60,864 nt of DNA from Octopus bimaculoides (GCF_001194135.2 NC_068990.1:21751605-21812468); one strand, 5' to 3'. Shown: positions 26,020-39,511, counted from the first letter of the stretch. Program-made: numbers and translations. Notes: generated from the letters alone by a model not told the origin.

Positions 26020-26450
26020 TTAACACTAAATTTTTAGATTTATGGTTGGAAAAAAAAAAACTAAGTGAATAAGGATTGCGTCTTACCTCTGCAAAGTTGA
26101 AAGAAGGAATGTCTGTTAACCTGGTATCATGATTTCGAATTCAGCGCCAAAAGCACTTGATTCTCTTCAGCCAAGTCTACTCATGACAATAACTATATTT
26201 TACTTCAACCTATGCTTGTGTTCGCTTCAGGCCCCCAGCCGCATTGAGAAAATTAAGTGAATTAACATAGAAATATATAAAGGACATTGTTGTGAGTAGA
26301 TTTGGCTGAAGAGAACCAAGTGTATATGGTACTAGATTTGAAATTTTGATACCGGGTTAACTGAAATTCCTTCTTTCACTTTTGCTGAAGTAAGACAATC
26401 TTAATTCACTTAGTTTTTTTTTCAACCATGCCTGTAAAATTTACTCTTAA
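26020..26450. mobile_element. Long-TIR MITE / fold-back element flanked by TTAA
   Basis: ~160-bp diverged arms at ~26028-26190 and ~26286-26442 (e.g. ttctcttcagccaagtctactca vs tgagtagatttggctgaagagaa). TTAA lies at 26020-26023 and 26447-26450. Confidence 0.75.
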
Positions 26451-27197
26451 ATCTTGTGGCTTCAGAGTATTTTCGACTCCTATTTTTTGCAAAACTGGTG
26501 CTTCTTAGTATCTTAGTNNNNNNNNNNNNNNNNNNNNNNNNNNNNNNNNNNNNNNNNNNNNNNNNNNNNNNNNNNNNNNNNNNNNNNNNNNNNNNNNNNN
26601 NNNNNNNNNNNNNNNNNNNNNNNNNNNNNNNNNNNNNNNNNNNNNNNNNNNNNNNNNNNNNNNNNNNNNNNNNNNNNNNNNNNNNNNNNNNNNNNNNNNN
26701 NNNNNNNNNNNNNNNNNNNNNNNNNNNNNNNNNNNNNNNNNNNNNNNNNNNNNNNNNNNNNNNNNNNNNNNNNNNNNNNNNNNNNNNNNNNNNNNNNNNN
26801 NNNNNNNNNNNNNNNNNNNNNNNNNNNNNNNNNNNNNNNNNNNNNNNNNNNNNNNNNNNNNNNNNNNNNNNNNNNNNNNNNNNNNNNNNNNNNNNNNNNN
26901 NNNNNNNNNNNNNNNNNNNNNNNNNNNNNNNNNNNNNNNNNNNNNNNNNNNNNNNNNNNNNNNNNNNNNNNNNNNNNNNNNNNNNNNNNNNNNNNNNNNN
27001 NNNNNNNNNNNNNNNNNNNNNNNNNNNNNNNNNNNNNNNNNNNNNNNNNNNNNNNNNNNNNNNNNNNNNNNTGGTATCTCTTGATACCCTGTATTATAAT
27101 TTTAAATAATTATTACCTTTCATGGTTTTTATTCCCATGCTGACCACTTGATAAGATCAATATTTTAAATATCTTAAATATAGATCTTATCCTTATT

Positions 27198-27284
<87 letters not shown>

Positions 27285-27287
<3 letters not shown>

Positions 27288-27870
27288 GGCTAACACTGAA
27301 GCATGAAGATGATTGGCAATGGTCCTCATTGAGTTGAAAGGACAATGGATCATAATACTCTGGACTCCCTGAACAAACTTAACTTTTCTGTCAATGCCGA
27401 GTGTAAGGCATTTGACTTTTCCTTTCGGCCAGGATAGACACATTTTCTCTTGTCATTCCTCCCGGTTCACTTTTCGGTCTGTGACTAAATTCTTCTCATC
27501 TAAGAAGAAACAGATCGTCTCGGGCATCTCTTGTCTCATAAGTTTGTTCCACCAGCGCTAACACTGACGCATGGAGATGATTGACAATGGCCCTCATTGA
27601 CTTGCAAGGATTCCTGTTCATGATGCCCTGGACTTGTTGGTCAATCTCGACTCCTTTAACAATGTCTGATCGTAAAGAAGGTTTCTTTTATTTTTCTTCT
27701 AGCCATAGGAGGCAGAGTCTTGCAGCAAGCGAGATATTTTTTTCTAATCTTAAAGACGAAAGACCTGACAACCTCCTTTAAGGTTGCAATCTCAGAAACA
27801 TTTTGGCTGGTGGCTAAGGTGACAAGAGTCTTCCGCGTTAGATTCGAAGCTTCCAGGTTAGAGCTGAAAA
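27285..27870 (-). pseudogene. maT/Tc1-mariner-like transposase relic with an internal duplication
   Basis: SEIATLKEVVRSFVFKIRKK; RSDIV..QQVQGIMNRNPCKSMRAIVNHLH; ICFFLDEKNL..KVNR (cf. FFSDEKNF..KVN, first catalytic D). A second copy of the segment reads FVQGVQSIM..NSMRTIANHLH. Confidence 0.65.
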
Positions 27871-29123
27871 GAGAGATGATATATATTTAAAGTGTGGGCC
27901 ACTTTGGTTTCCGAAAGATTTGTTTCAAATAACCGACGGAAATATATACATACATATACACATACAAATACATATACACCTCCAAATATGCACATTTACT
28001 GGCCGGCAGTTGAAGCTACTGGGTTCATCTAATTCTTGGCAGGTTTGCTTTTTATCGTTCAGGGTGTCAAAAATAGCACTCTTTTCACCAAACAGGTTTG
28101 ATGAGGTTACAGGTTTAGTGATTTAGTTACCGACGGCCAGATCATGTACAGCTTGTACTGGCTTACATGATTACCAGTAGCAGGTCTCCGGGTATCTAAC
28201 CACACACACACGCACACACACACACACACACACAAACACACAAACACACACACACACATGCACACTCACTTGCACGCACACAAATACACACGCACGCACA
28301 CACACACACACGTGCGTCCGTGTATGTGTCTGTGCAGATTCATAAACATATATATGTATACGTATCTATCTACCCCTCTCTATATACCAATATATATATA
28401 TGTGTGTGTCTGTGTGTGTGTGTATGTGTGTGTGTGTGTGTGCTTGTAAGTATGTGTGTGCGTGCATGCACATTAAACTCTAAAGAGCGGGAGAGAGACA
28501 AACAGAGCTGGAGGGAGAGAGAGAGCAAGAAAGCAATGCGTACATTCCTATACGCATGTATGTATATATATATATATATATATATATNNNNNNNNNNNNN
28601 NNNNNNNNNNNNNNNNNNNNNNNNNNNNNNNNNNNNNNNNNNNNNNNNNNNNNNNNNNNNNNNNNNNNNNNNNNNNNNNNNNNNNNNNNNNNNNNNNNNN
28701 NNNNNNNNNNNNNNNNNNNNNNNNNNNNNNNNNNNNNNNNNNNNNNNNNNNNNNNNNNNNNNNNNNNNNNNNNNNNNNNNNNNNNNNNNNNNNNNNNNNN
28801 NNNNNNNNNNNNNNNNNNNNNNNNNNNNNNNNNNNNNNNNNNNNNNNNNNNNNNNNNNNNNNNNNNNNNNNNNNNNNNNNNNNNNNNNNNNNNNNNNNNN
28901 NNNNNNNNNNNNNNNNNNNNNNNNNNNNNNNNNNNNNNNNNNNNNNNNNNNNNNNNNNNNNNNNNNNNNNNNNNNNNNNNNNNNNNNNNNNNNNNNNNNN
29001 NNNNNNNNNNNNNNNNNNNNNNNNNNNNNNNNNNNNNNNNNNNNNNNNNNNNNNNNNNNNNNNNNNNNNNNNNNNNNNNNNNNNNNNNNNNNNNNNNNNN
29101 NNNNNNNNNNNNNNNNNNNNNNN

Positions 29124-29186
<63 letters not shown>

Positions 29187-31013
29187 GTGCGTGTGTGTGT
29201 TTGTATCTATATCTACTCCTTCGCACTCAGGAACCCTAATCTATATTTTTATATTCCTGCCTAGTTGTTTTTATTGTTGTTTAAGGGATTTCTAATTTTC
29301 ATTTATTTATTTTGCATTAAGGCTCTTTCTTAACAACTGTCTTATCTCAATTAAGTTGTTGTCCTAAACCCTATACTTTGTATGACATTTTCTCCTTCCC
29401 TTTATTTCTGTTAGTTGTACTATTATCTTTTGTCAGACTTCATGTCCTACGCATTGTCATAATCGCGAATTACTGTCTATTATAATAGCAATTTCGTTCC
29501 TTTAACTTCAGTATTAATTTCTCAGTTTCTTATTGTATTAGTCGTTGTTTTCCAACTTTTGCTTCTGACGTTTTTGACGTTGTTGCTAATGTCATCATCG
29601 TAGTTGTCAACGTTCTCATTCATAGTTGCTAATAAATGACATGGACAAGAATTGCCATCTGCAAACATGAATGGATACATTGACACAAACGACATTGTGT
29701 CAAGCTAATGTATAAACATGCATTCTACGTTTCTGTTTCAAATATCTTTTCATTCATTGGTTTTTCTGTTGTCTGCTGTCTCTTGCTACTGTAAGACACA
29801 GAAGAACAACGCATTCGAGAATACGGTGTAAGGTTATTACTGGCAACAGAACAGGATAAATTATTATACATACATACGTACATACATACGCACACACAGA
29901 CACACATACATATATACATACATGCATATATATATATATACATACATGCATANNNNNNNNNNNNNNNNNNNNNNNNNNNNNNNNNNNNNNNNNNNNNNNN
30001 NNNNNNNNNNNNNNNNNNNNNNNNNNNNNNNNNNNNNNNNNNNNNNNNNNNNNNNNNNNNNNNNNNNNNNNNNNNNNNNNNNNNNNNNNNNNNNNNNNNN
30101 NNNNNNNNNNNNNNNNNNNNNNNNNNNNNNNNNNNNNNNNNNNNNNNNNNNNNNNNNNNNNNNNNNNNNNNNNNNNNNNNNNNNNNNNNNNNNNNNNNNN
30201 NNNNNNNNNNNNNNNNNNNNNNNNNNNNNNNNNNNNNNNNNNNNNNNNNNNNNNNNNNNNNNNNNNNNNNNNNNNNNNNNNNNNNNNNNNNNNNNNNNNN
30301 NNNNNNNNNNNNNNNNNNNNNNNNNNNNNNNNNNNNNNNNNNNNNNNNNNNNNNNNNNNNNNNNNNNNNNNNNNNNNNNNNNNNNNNNNNNNNNNNNNNN
30401 NNNNNNNNNNNNNNNNNNNNNNNNNNNNNNNNNNNNNNNNNNNNNNNNNNNNNNNNNNNNNNNNNNNNNNNNNNNNNNNNNNNNNNNNNNNNNNNNNNNN
30501 NNNNNNNNNNNNNNNNNNNNNNNNNNNNNNNNNNNNNNNNNNNNNNNNNNNNNNNNNNNNNNNNNNNNNNNNNNNNNNNNNNNNNNNNNNNNNNNNNNNN
30601 NNNNNNNNNNNNNNNNNNNNNNNNNNNNNNNNNNNNTATATGCATGTATGTATATATATATATATGCATGTATGTATATATGTATGTGTGTCTGTGTGTG
30701 CGTATGTATGTACGTATGTATGTATAATAATTTATCCTGTTCTGTTGCCAGTAATAACCTTACACCAGGAGTGGCTGTGTGGTAAGTAGCATTGACGTGC
30801 TAATGATTCTGCTAGGTCGCCGCCTTAACGTAAAGTATATTATATTATTTTTAAACAAATGTGGGTTTCGCTTTGTTTTTCGTTATGTATGACTGTCATG
30901 CGGGGGCATCATTCTGAAGGTTTCAATCGAATAAATCGACTCCCCCTACTTAATTTTAGAGTCCATTACTTATTCTATTGAGATCTTTTGACGAATTGCT
31001 AGTTTACGGATGT

Positions 31014-31378
31014 GGAGGCGCAATGGCCCAGTAGTTAGGGCAGCGGACTCGCGGCCATAGGATCGCGGTTTCGATTCCCAGTCCGGGCGTTGGGAGTGTT
31101 TATTGAGCGAAAGCCCCTAAAGCTCCACGAGGCTCCGGCAGGGGATGGTGGCGAACCCTGCTGTACTCTTCCACCACAACTTTCTCTCACTCTTACTTCC
31201 TGTTTCTGTTGTGCCTGTAATTCAAAGGGTCAGCCTTATCACACTGTGTCACGCTGAATTTCCCGAGAACTACGTTAAGGGTACACGTGTCCGTGGAGTG
31301 CTCAGCCACTTGCACGTTAATTTCACTAGCAGGTTGTTCCGTTGATCGGATCAACTGGAACCCTCGACGTCGTAGGCG
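31014..31378 (+). mobile_element. SINE type 2, tRNA-derived (resembles the octopus OR-type SINEs), near full length
   Basis: tRNA-like head ggaggcgcaatggcccagtagttagggcagcggactcgcgg..ggtttcgattccc continues directly into a non-tRNA body; the tail is shared with 22.5 kb and 42 kb, and the head with 53.5 kb. Confidence 0.85.
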
Positions 31379-31766
31379 NNNNNNNNNNNNNNNNNNNNNN
31401 NNNNNNNNNNNNNNNNNNNNNNNNNNNNNNNNNNNNNNNNNNNNNNNNNNNNNNNNNNNNNNNNNNNNNNNNNNNNNNNNNNNNNNNNNNNNNNNNNNNN
31501 NNNNNNNNNNNNNNNNNNNNNNNNNNNNNNNNNNNNNNNNNNNNNNNNNNNNNNNNNNNNNNNNNNNNNNNNNNNNNNNNNNNNNNNNNNNNNNNNNNNN
31601 NNNNNNNNNNNNNNNNNNNNNNNNNNNNNNNNNNNNNNNNNNNNNNNNNNNNNNNNNNNNNNNNNNNNNNNNNNNNNNNNNNNNNNNNNNNNNNNNNNNN
31701 NNNNNNNNNNNNNNNNNNNNNNNNNNNNNNNNNNNNNNNNNNNNNATATATATATATATATACTCT

Positions 31767-32197
31767 TTACTCTTTTACTCTTTTACTTGTTTCAGTCATT
31801 TGACTGCGGCCATGCTGGAGCACCGCCTTTAGTCAAGCAAATCGCCCCCAGGACTTATTCTTTGTAAGCCTAGTACTTATTCCATCGGTCTCTTTTGCCG
31901 AACCGCTATGTTACAGGGACGTGAACGCACCAACATCGGTTGCCAAGTGATGGTGAGGAGACAAACACAGATACGCAAAAACACACACGCACACACACAC
32001 ACACACACACACATACACACACACACACAAACACACACGTATATACGACGGGCTTTCAGTTTTCGTCTACCAAATCTACTCACAAGAATTTGGTCGGCCC
32101 GAGGCTTTAGTTGAAGACACTAGCACAAGGTGCCACGCAGTGGGACTGAACCCGGAACCATGTGGTTGGTAAGCAAGCTACTTACCACACAGCCACT
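31767..32197 (-). mobile_element. Complete SINE type 3 (head, ~80-bp internal CA/TA repeat, second half, AAAGAGT-type tail)
   Basis: All modules are contiguous; the tail reads tactctttactcttttactctttt on the plus strand. Confidence 0.9.
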
Positions 32198-32199
32198 CC

Positions 32200-32234
<35 letters not shown>

Positions 32235-33642
32235 GCCTATATGACTACACACATGCATGCGCATTTAACAGAAAAAGAGAACTGGATTATTTTAGTAACT
32301 TGAAACTTTCAACTTTTCACCCAACACGCATTTCTGCATTTACCTGACTAACATGACACCTGAATCTAACTATTATGCGTTTACGTGCAGTCCATTGCCT
32401 TCCACGCATGAACAAATAATTTCTGTCTTCGAAATGTCGTTAAGTGCAGCATGTTGACCAGACACTCAGATTTTATGTCAAACCAAACTCACTCTAGTTT
32501 TTTTGTCACCAAATACCATTGCCATCTCTAATTGATTGCTAACAAAATTGATGTAATATATTTGAAAGCTGGATACAGGGTTCAGTGTTAGTACACCAGG
32601 TTTAAACACAATAAAAAGAAAGAAAATAAATATAATTGAAAATGATTGAACGTGATCAATATGGAGGATTCCAAAAAAAAAAAAAAAAAAATTGTAAATG
32701 TCAATTTGCTTTCTTGGATAATAGTTTGCTGGAATCAAGTCTTTAAACCAATTTTTTCTCATATTATGATAAACAGACACAAGATCATGTGATGATATGA
32801 CGTCATTTTTTTTACCTACCTGCATTAATGCTACTTTTTCCCCACTCACTTTACAGATTCGAGCTTACAAGAGAACATATGTGTCGTTGCTTGATCTATT
32901 AGAGTTAGCAGCCGAATAGATCACAAATCACAGCGTGCCATTTTAAAGGAAGGAATGATACACACAGTAATGAGCTCCGAGATACACTAAGTTAAAATAA
33001 ATGGAGAAGGTGATCTTTTCGACTAAACTCTTCAAGACAGCATCGTGACACCTTTTAAATTGGCTGCAGTTTAATGACTGAAAGAAGTATATTCCTAAAA
33101 CGATATATATTCTGTTAGTAATTAAACTGCGGCCATGCTAGAGTACCGCATTAGAAAACCCTAGTCAAATGTATCGACCCCATTCCTTAGTTTTTTAAAA
33201 CCTGGTATTTATCTATCGGCCGCTTTCGCCAAATCGTTATGCTACGGACGTAAACACCAGCACCGCTTGTGGAGCGGTGGTGGGGGACAAAGACAGACAG
33301 TCAGACAGTCAGATACACACACACACACACTGGGTAGTACATATCTTTTATCTATAGAGTACTATGATATGATTTTAATCTTATATTATAATTGAATATT
33401 TGTACTATTACTTTAAAATTACTGCAAAGTGATACAAAATGATCTAAACGGTAGAAATAATTCCTAAGAAACTTTGATTTTGACGTTTTGGGATTAAGAA
33501 AGCAACATAAGGGTTGCTTAAATATTACCTTTGATAACAAATATTCTTAACATGTAACATAATTTGGATTCGATGTATAGAATACTATTATTTTAACGAT
33601 ATCATACCTCTGGATATTAAAGCCGATCCTGTTTATGATATA

Positions 33643-33780
33643 CAGTAGAACCTCGTAGTACAAGTGCACCATAATAAGAGCAATTTGCTGTACGAGCCGA
33701 GGCTCGTGCGAATTTTTGTCTTGAAATACGAGCGGGAATCCACAGTACGAGCGAGTTGCGACGTCACAAGTGCCAAGCTG
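33643..33780 (+). mobile_element. Tigger/pogo-like transposon left-end fragment
   Basis: TA followed by CAGTAGAACCTCG resembles pogo/Tigger TIR starts, and tacgag motifs recur inside. No right TIR was found. Confidence 0.4.
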
Positions 33781-34423
33781 TATCGGCCTTTGCCTTTCCC
33801 TTGGATAACACTGGTGGCGTGGAGAGGGGAAGCCGGTATGCTTGGGCGACTGCTGCTCTCCCATAAAACAACCTTGCGCGGATTTGTGCTTGGGAGTGTA
33901 ACTTTCTAGGTGCAATCCCACGGTCAGTCATGATCGAAGAGGGTCCCAGCATATATACACATACCTATACATATATTCCCACGCTCACACACATACCTTT
34001 AGTTTTGCTTGTGAAGAAAAGAATACTCGATAGCATAGTAGGGATTTAATAATGTATTCGACTACCACCGAGGTTAGTCTCAGCTCGTAGGAGATAGTAC
34101 CCCCTAGGAACTGAAAAGAATTGCAGAAGCATATGCAAAACATGAACTGAACAAGTCGAGGGCTAACTCCTTGCCCTCAGTTTCTGAAAATCATCAATGC
34201 CGGACTTTTGGCGGAACCTTTCGTGAAAGCATCGAACTGATCGGCTAAAATCAGACACACTGTGTCCCATTTTTTCCACTTATGATGTCTTTAGTTACCG
34301 TAGATACCGACAGACGAACTAACACCACCACCACCACCACCACCAATTCTTTATCGAGACGAATTCTTTGGGGTTTGAATATTTAACCTATGGAAACATC
34401 GCTGTTTTGTTCAACAACTTTCA

Positions 34424-34690
34424 AGAATCCATTTTCAGGAACCTCTTGAGCCGAATGGGCTACTCGACCTGCAGAAAATTCTAACTGGGCCCCACCTGCA
34501 AGGACACGCGCAAGTTATCTTAATATCAGATCACCATGTCGTGCACATTTTGTTGTGATGCATGTGCCTAGTGTACCCTTATCAGACGGGTAGTTATGAT
34601 GGGTATACTGGGCTTCGTACATATTACCCCAGTGTCACTTTGATGGCATGCACTGCTCTCACACTCAATAATAATGATAATAATGATCAT
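34424..34690 (+). repeat. Interspersed repeat ending in a (TAA)-like tail, class unresolved
   Basis: GC-richer block (gggctactcgacctg..cccttatcagacgggtag..ggcatgcactgctctcacactc) ending in aataataatgataataat; recalled as a high-copy octopus repeat, not verified. Confidence 0.4.
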
Positions 34691-35321
34691 CCTTTCTGCC
34701 AGTGACAGAAGGCCTGAAGTATTGGGGGAGCAGTTAATAATTATAACGTATATATGTATGTATGATTATATACAATTGGCAAACCGGTAATTTGAAAAAA
34801 TAAAAAAGCTATACACTTTATCATTACTGTACACATCAATAAATCTCGAAGCCAAATAGATAGAGTGTACCGACATGTACAAGTGAGCAAAAATATGTGT
34901 GAATACTATACTGTTATATTGATGTCACGCAGCATCTAACAGTTGGGATTTAACTACTTAGAGAGAAAGCAATGACTGAATATAAGAGGATAATTAATTA
35001 TGAATACTGAGATGATGAGGTGGATAAATATAGACAATGGACAGCTGGTCGATCTGAAAGTGAAACATTAAAAGAGAATGAGCGGGTTCAACCATACACA
35101 CACACACACACACACATTCATACACTCACACACGCGCATGTGTATATATAACTGTGATAGTGTTTTATGAGAGAACATGTTCGAACCCTGGGTTTCACGT
35201 CAACAGACAAGAACAAACCATATTACAATCGTTGAGTTTAAGAATCGTGACTGCTGTCCGAGACAGCGTTGTCATTAATGCATGCATGTATGTATGCTTA
35301 CATATATACATACATACATAA

Positions 35322-35375
<54 letters not shown>

Positions 35376-36992
35376 GTGTGTGTGTGCGTGTGTGTGTGTG
35401 TGTGACTGAAACAGACTTACATTAAAATACAGGTATGCATAACATTTATAATGTATATACATTATAAATGACGAGGAACAGTATTAGATATAATAATTCT
35501 TTAAAAACATTAGACTTCGCTGAGAATACCGGTGGATTGCCAGTCAAGTTGTTCCGACCTGGGTTGGTCTTGTCAGAGGTGAAATCACAAACCTTATTTA
35601 AGCTGGGAATGTTTGAAAAGATATTACAGAAGGTGTTTTTTAAAGACGGTTGTATGTTACTTAAACGTGGTTTTCCTGCTTTTTCAAGAAGATAAAGGTA
35701 CCTCGTTGAAAATCTTTTATTGGCTGGTTATCCTGGTAGGTATTGGGTCTGGTTTTAGCAGAGAGAAGACATCTGTATTACCAGACATTCTACTTCTTTC
35801 ATGTTCGCCATGTTTCGTGGTATTCGTTCCGACATTCAGCTCACTGAGTTCAAATCTAACCGAAGCGACTCTTGCTTTTCTGGGCCGATGAAAGCGTTTT
35901 AATCCAGTGTGGAGGATTGGTGGATCTTTAAGAACATAGTACTGCATGTTCTTTACGATATTTGTTCTTCCTCTTTGGAACTCTGAGTCCAAATCCAGCC
36001 TTAAAGATAAATCGAATCCGTCGCACTGTTTTAAATGGTATCGTAACAGCATTTACTGGAATCCATTTTGTTGCTGGTATACAAAGCAGATCTGAGGTTT
36101 TAGGATACCTTCCTTCCTGCCTTCCTATTCACCGTGTCTCCTAAGCCCTATAACGAATCACGTGTAAAATTTCCCTACTGAGAATGTTTTTAAATGCTGC
36201 TAATTTGAATCTTTTAATTCAATAATGTATCTACATTAAACAAAAGTAGCCTACAAGCAGACGAGATTGTGTAGAAGAAGCTATTTTGTGTTGTAGTCGA
36301 TGTTATTGTTCTTGTTATTTAGAGCCACAACAGACCTGAAAGGACAGGCAATATAACAGATAATCAGGGAAACAATTCATTTCAATCCATACACCTATTG
36401 TTTCAAAAATATCCAGAGTCAAGTGCAGCACCATTGTGCGTAGTTCGATATCGAGTGCTGTCTCTGCTATGACTGTACTCCAGGTGTTGTTTGGATTTAG
36501 CTTGCACCTACTGCTATACCTATGGTTAAACACATTCCACCTTGACTATTCTGCCTTCCTTTCCATTAAGGTTTACATAGAATTGCGAGTTTATATTGTG
36601 TTGCATTAGGTCAGTCCTGATTGAGCATTCCATACGTGACCATCTCGTCTTTTTCTTAAGTAAAGAGAGTGAAGGACCACATCGTGGAATGCATTTTTGC
36701 TAAAGTAGTATGAATGTGAACTGAGGAATATATAACTGCTATATCTAGCAGATCAAGTGAAGTCATAGTCGCTCCCATGGATGAAATGAACTCGATCACA
36801 GCGCTATGATTGTTATTCATCTGCACCTAGCTCTGATCTGCATTCAAACAATATTCTAAATACTGATGCATAATAGCAGTAACCTTCACTACAATGAAAT
36901 TTAGGACTTTAAAAATTGAAAGAACTAGTGTATGAATGATTGTGTGCTCGCGTATGTGCATTAAATGATTTATACGGAAGACGGAGTGTAGC

Positions 36993-37325
36993 TAGAAAGT
37001 TTATTAGCACAACAATCGCTTCCGCTTCACTCGGCTCTGCTCCCTAGAGGATGTGGAAAAATGTCATAACATCAGATACAACGCACAGTGCGGTAAGTCT
37101 TATCAGGTGACGTGACTTGCTTGGAGCGACAACGAAATGTAAATCTGGTAATTTTTGAAGTATGTTATATCACCTGATGAAGCTTACTGCATTGTGCATT
37201 GCATCTGATACCATTGTGCATCTGATACCATTGTGCATTGCATCTGATACCATTACGTCGTTTCACATCCCCTGAGGAGCAGTGCTAATGAAGCTGAAAT
37301 AATTTTTGTGGTAATAAAGTTTCTA
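36993..37325. repeat. Diverged inverted repeat with hammerhead-core-like motifs (possible Penelope pseudo-LTR relic)
   Basis: Arms at ~36993-37115 and ~37164-37325 (tagaaagtttattagcaca vs tgtggtaataaagtttcta). The right arm has CTGATGA, CTGAGGAG..GAAA, and a 15-mer repeated three times. Confidence 0.65.
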
Positions 37326-37557
37326 ATTACACTTTATCTGCAATATCAATCATTTCAAAATATACCTTACATGCACCTTGGAATTCTAGACGTAGATGAA
37401 ACGATGAACGTGCAGTAATGCCGATGACCGATGACGCCTGGTAGCCATAAGTGGTGAACGTGCTCTGCAGGGGCACTACCTGGGTCTTACCCTGAAACAA
37501 GGTTTGGATACTGTATTTCACGTCTCCTTTCTAAACTTTAATTCTTTAATTTTAAGT

Positions 37558-37618
<61 letters not shown>

Positions 37619-37751
37619 AGGTAAAGTTCAATTTATCCTTTACTTTGGAGGGTTCCAAAGGGGTTATTTCTAAAAAAGATTCTTCACATTTCGTTGGTAG
37701 GTTACTGGCGTAAGAATTTTGCAAATATGAAATTATTACATACACAAGGTA

Positions 37752-37903
37752 TGAGATGAGAATTTATGTAAAAGTATCCCATAGAAACTCAAGAGACTAT
37801 TAAAGATGGACAAGAGAAGATAATAAAATTTCACAACATCTCTTCTCCATCTTTTAGTGTCTGTTTAGTTTCTATGGGTTACTTTACATAAATTCTCATC
37901 TCA
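37752..37903. mobile_element. 152-bp hairpin MITE with TA flanks
   Basis: TA|tgagatgagaatttatgtaaa...tttacataaattctcatctca|TA; the inner arms also pair (cccatagaaact/agtttctatggg). Confidence 0.85.
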
Positions 37904-38101
37904 TACAGATGTATGTATGCATGTGAATACATGTAAATGTGTATCCATATATATATATATATATCACAAAGGATCTGCGATCCTTCCCAAGTTATAGGCT
38001 CAAAAACATAATACATATCACTGTGTAGGAATCGAAATGACATTGATGCGATTATGAGTGTGACACCCTTAGCACAAACCCAGGCGCCTCCATATATACG
38101 C

Positions 38102-38177
<76 letters not shown>

Positions 38178-38709
38178 TGTGTGCATGCGTGTGTGTGCTT
38201 TTGTGCGTTTCTGTAATCCTATGCGTATATTTTTATGAATGTATGTATGGATATATGCATACATAGATTTATGAATATATTCAAACGTATATAAGTATAT
38301 GTGTGTTTGTGTGTGTGTATGTGTATATATATAAAGAGAGATTTGTATGCATAAAATATACAAATAAGCGCGGACACACCCATTGACACCCACAAATACA
38401 TGTATGTATGTATGTATATATATGTATANNNNNNNNNNNNNNNNNNNNNNNNNNNNNNNNNNNNNNNNNNNNNNNNNNNNNNNNNNNNNNNNNNNNNNNN
38501 NNNNNNNNNNNNNNNNNNNNNNNNNNNNNNNNNNNNNNNNNNNNNNNNNNNNNNNNNNNNNNNNNNNNNNNNNNNNNNNNNNNNNNNNNNNNNNNNNNNN
38601 NNNNNNNNNNNNNNNNNNNNNNNNNNNNNNNNNNNNNNNNNNNNNNNNNNNNNNNNNNNNNNNNNNNNNNNNNNNNNNNNNNNNNNNNNNNNNNNNNNNN
38701 NNNNNNNNN

Positions 38710-38784
<75 letters not shown>

Positions 38785-39392
38785 GTCATGGATCAGTTAT
38801 TTTCTATCAATTCCTCCCATGCTAATAACTAGTTAGTTTATTTTGAAATCAATAATGGACCGTTGGAGAGTTGCCCCACCTTTTTATTTGTTCATTAAAA
38901 AAAATCCTTTATATATTTGTATTGCTATAATTAAGAGGAAAGAAGATAAAAGAAAAACCTAAATAATCTGGAGTAGTGCATCGTGGTTATAGTATCTCAA
39001 TAAACATATTTAACTGAAACATAATGGCCTCAGCTAATTATGCCAGTTGATGTTAACTCTCTCGGAACAAGCCAGTTTCTGAATTCGTTTTGCTGTTCAG
39101 ATGAAAATCGACATTACATACTGGTTGAGTCTTGTCTTCCTTATAAACCTACGCTTCTAGTTAAACAATTGCTTTGTTGTAAATAATGCAAAGAGCAATT
39201 AACAAATCTATCTTGCATTCAGATATACACAATGCAAGACGAGGTACAAATAATGTAAAAACAAAACACACGGATACAATAAGATATAAAATGGGGCAAG
39301 ATAATGATCTAACCGTTAACTTCAGCATTGAATACAAAACAACTTTTTTTCGTATATCCGTGCAAGATTTGAACTTATTTTCATCCGTGCAG

Positions 39393-39511
39393 GAGGCAGG
39401 TGTAATGGCGACATGAACACATGGTTTAATACGTCAGAACTAAGCAAGCAGAACGTATATGACATCGATAAAAAGGAAGCAGCCAAGCGTGTATCATCAT
39501 CGGGGTTTTGA
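39393..39511 (+). CDS. Weak candidate terminal coding exon, product unknown
   Basis: Acceptor ttattttcatccgtgcag, then a phase-1 frame GRCNGDMNTWFNTSELSKQNVYDIDKKEAAKRVSSSGF* inside a ~2-kb SINE-free stretch. No homology recognised. Confidence 0.15.

Noticed and set aside
31014-31090. Possible tRNA gene
   Set aside because: It lacks a clean cloverleaf and a poly-T terminator, continues into a SINE body, and is repeated at 53.5 kb; it is a SINE head.
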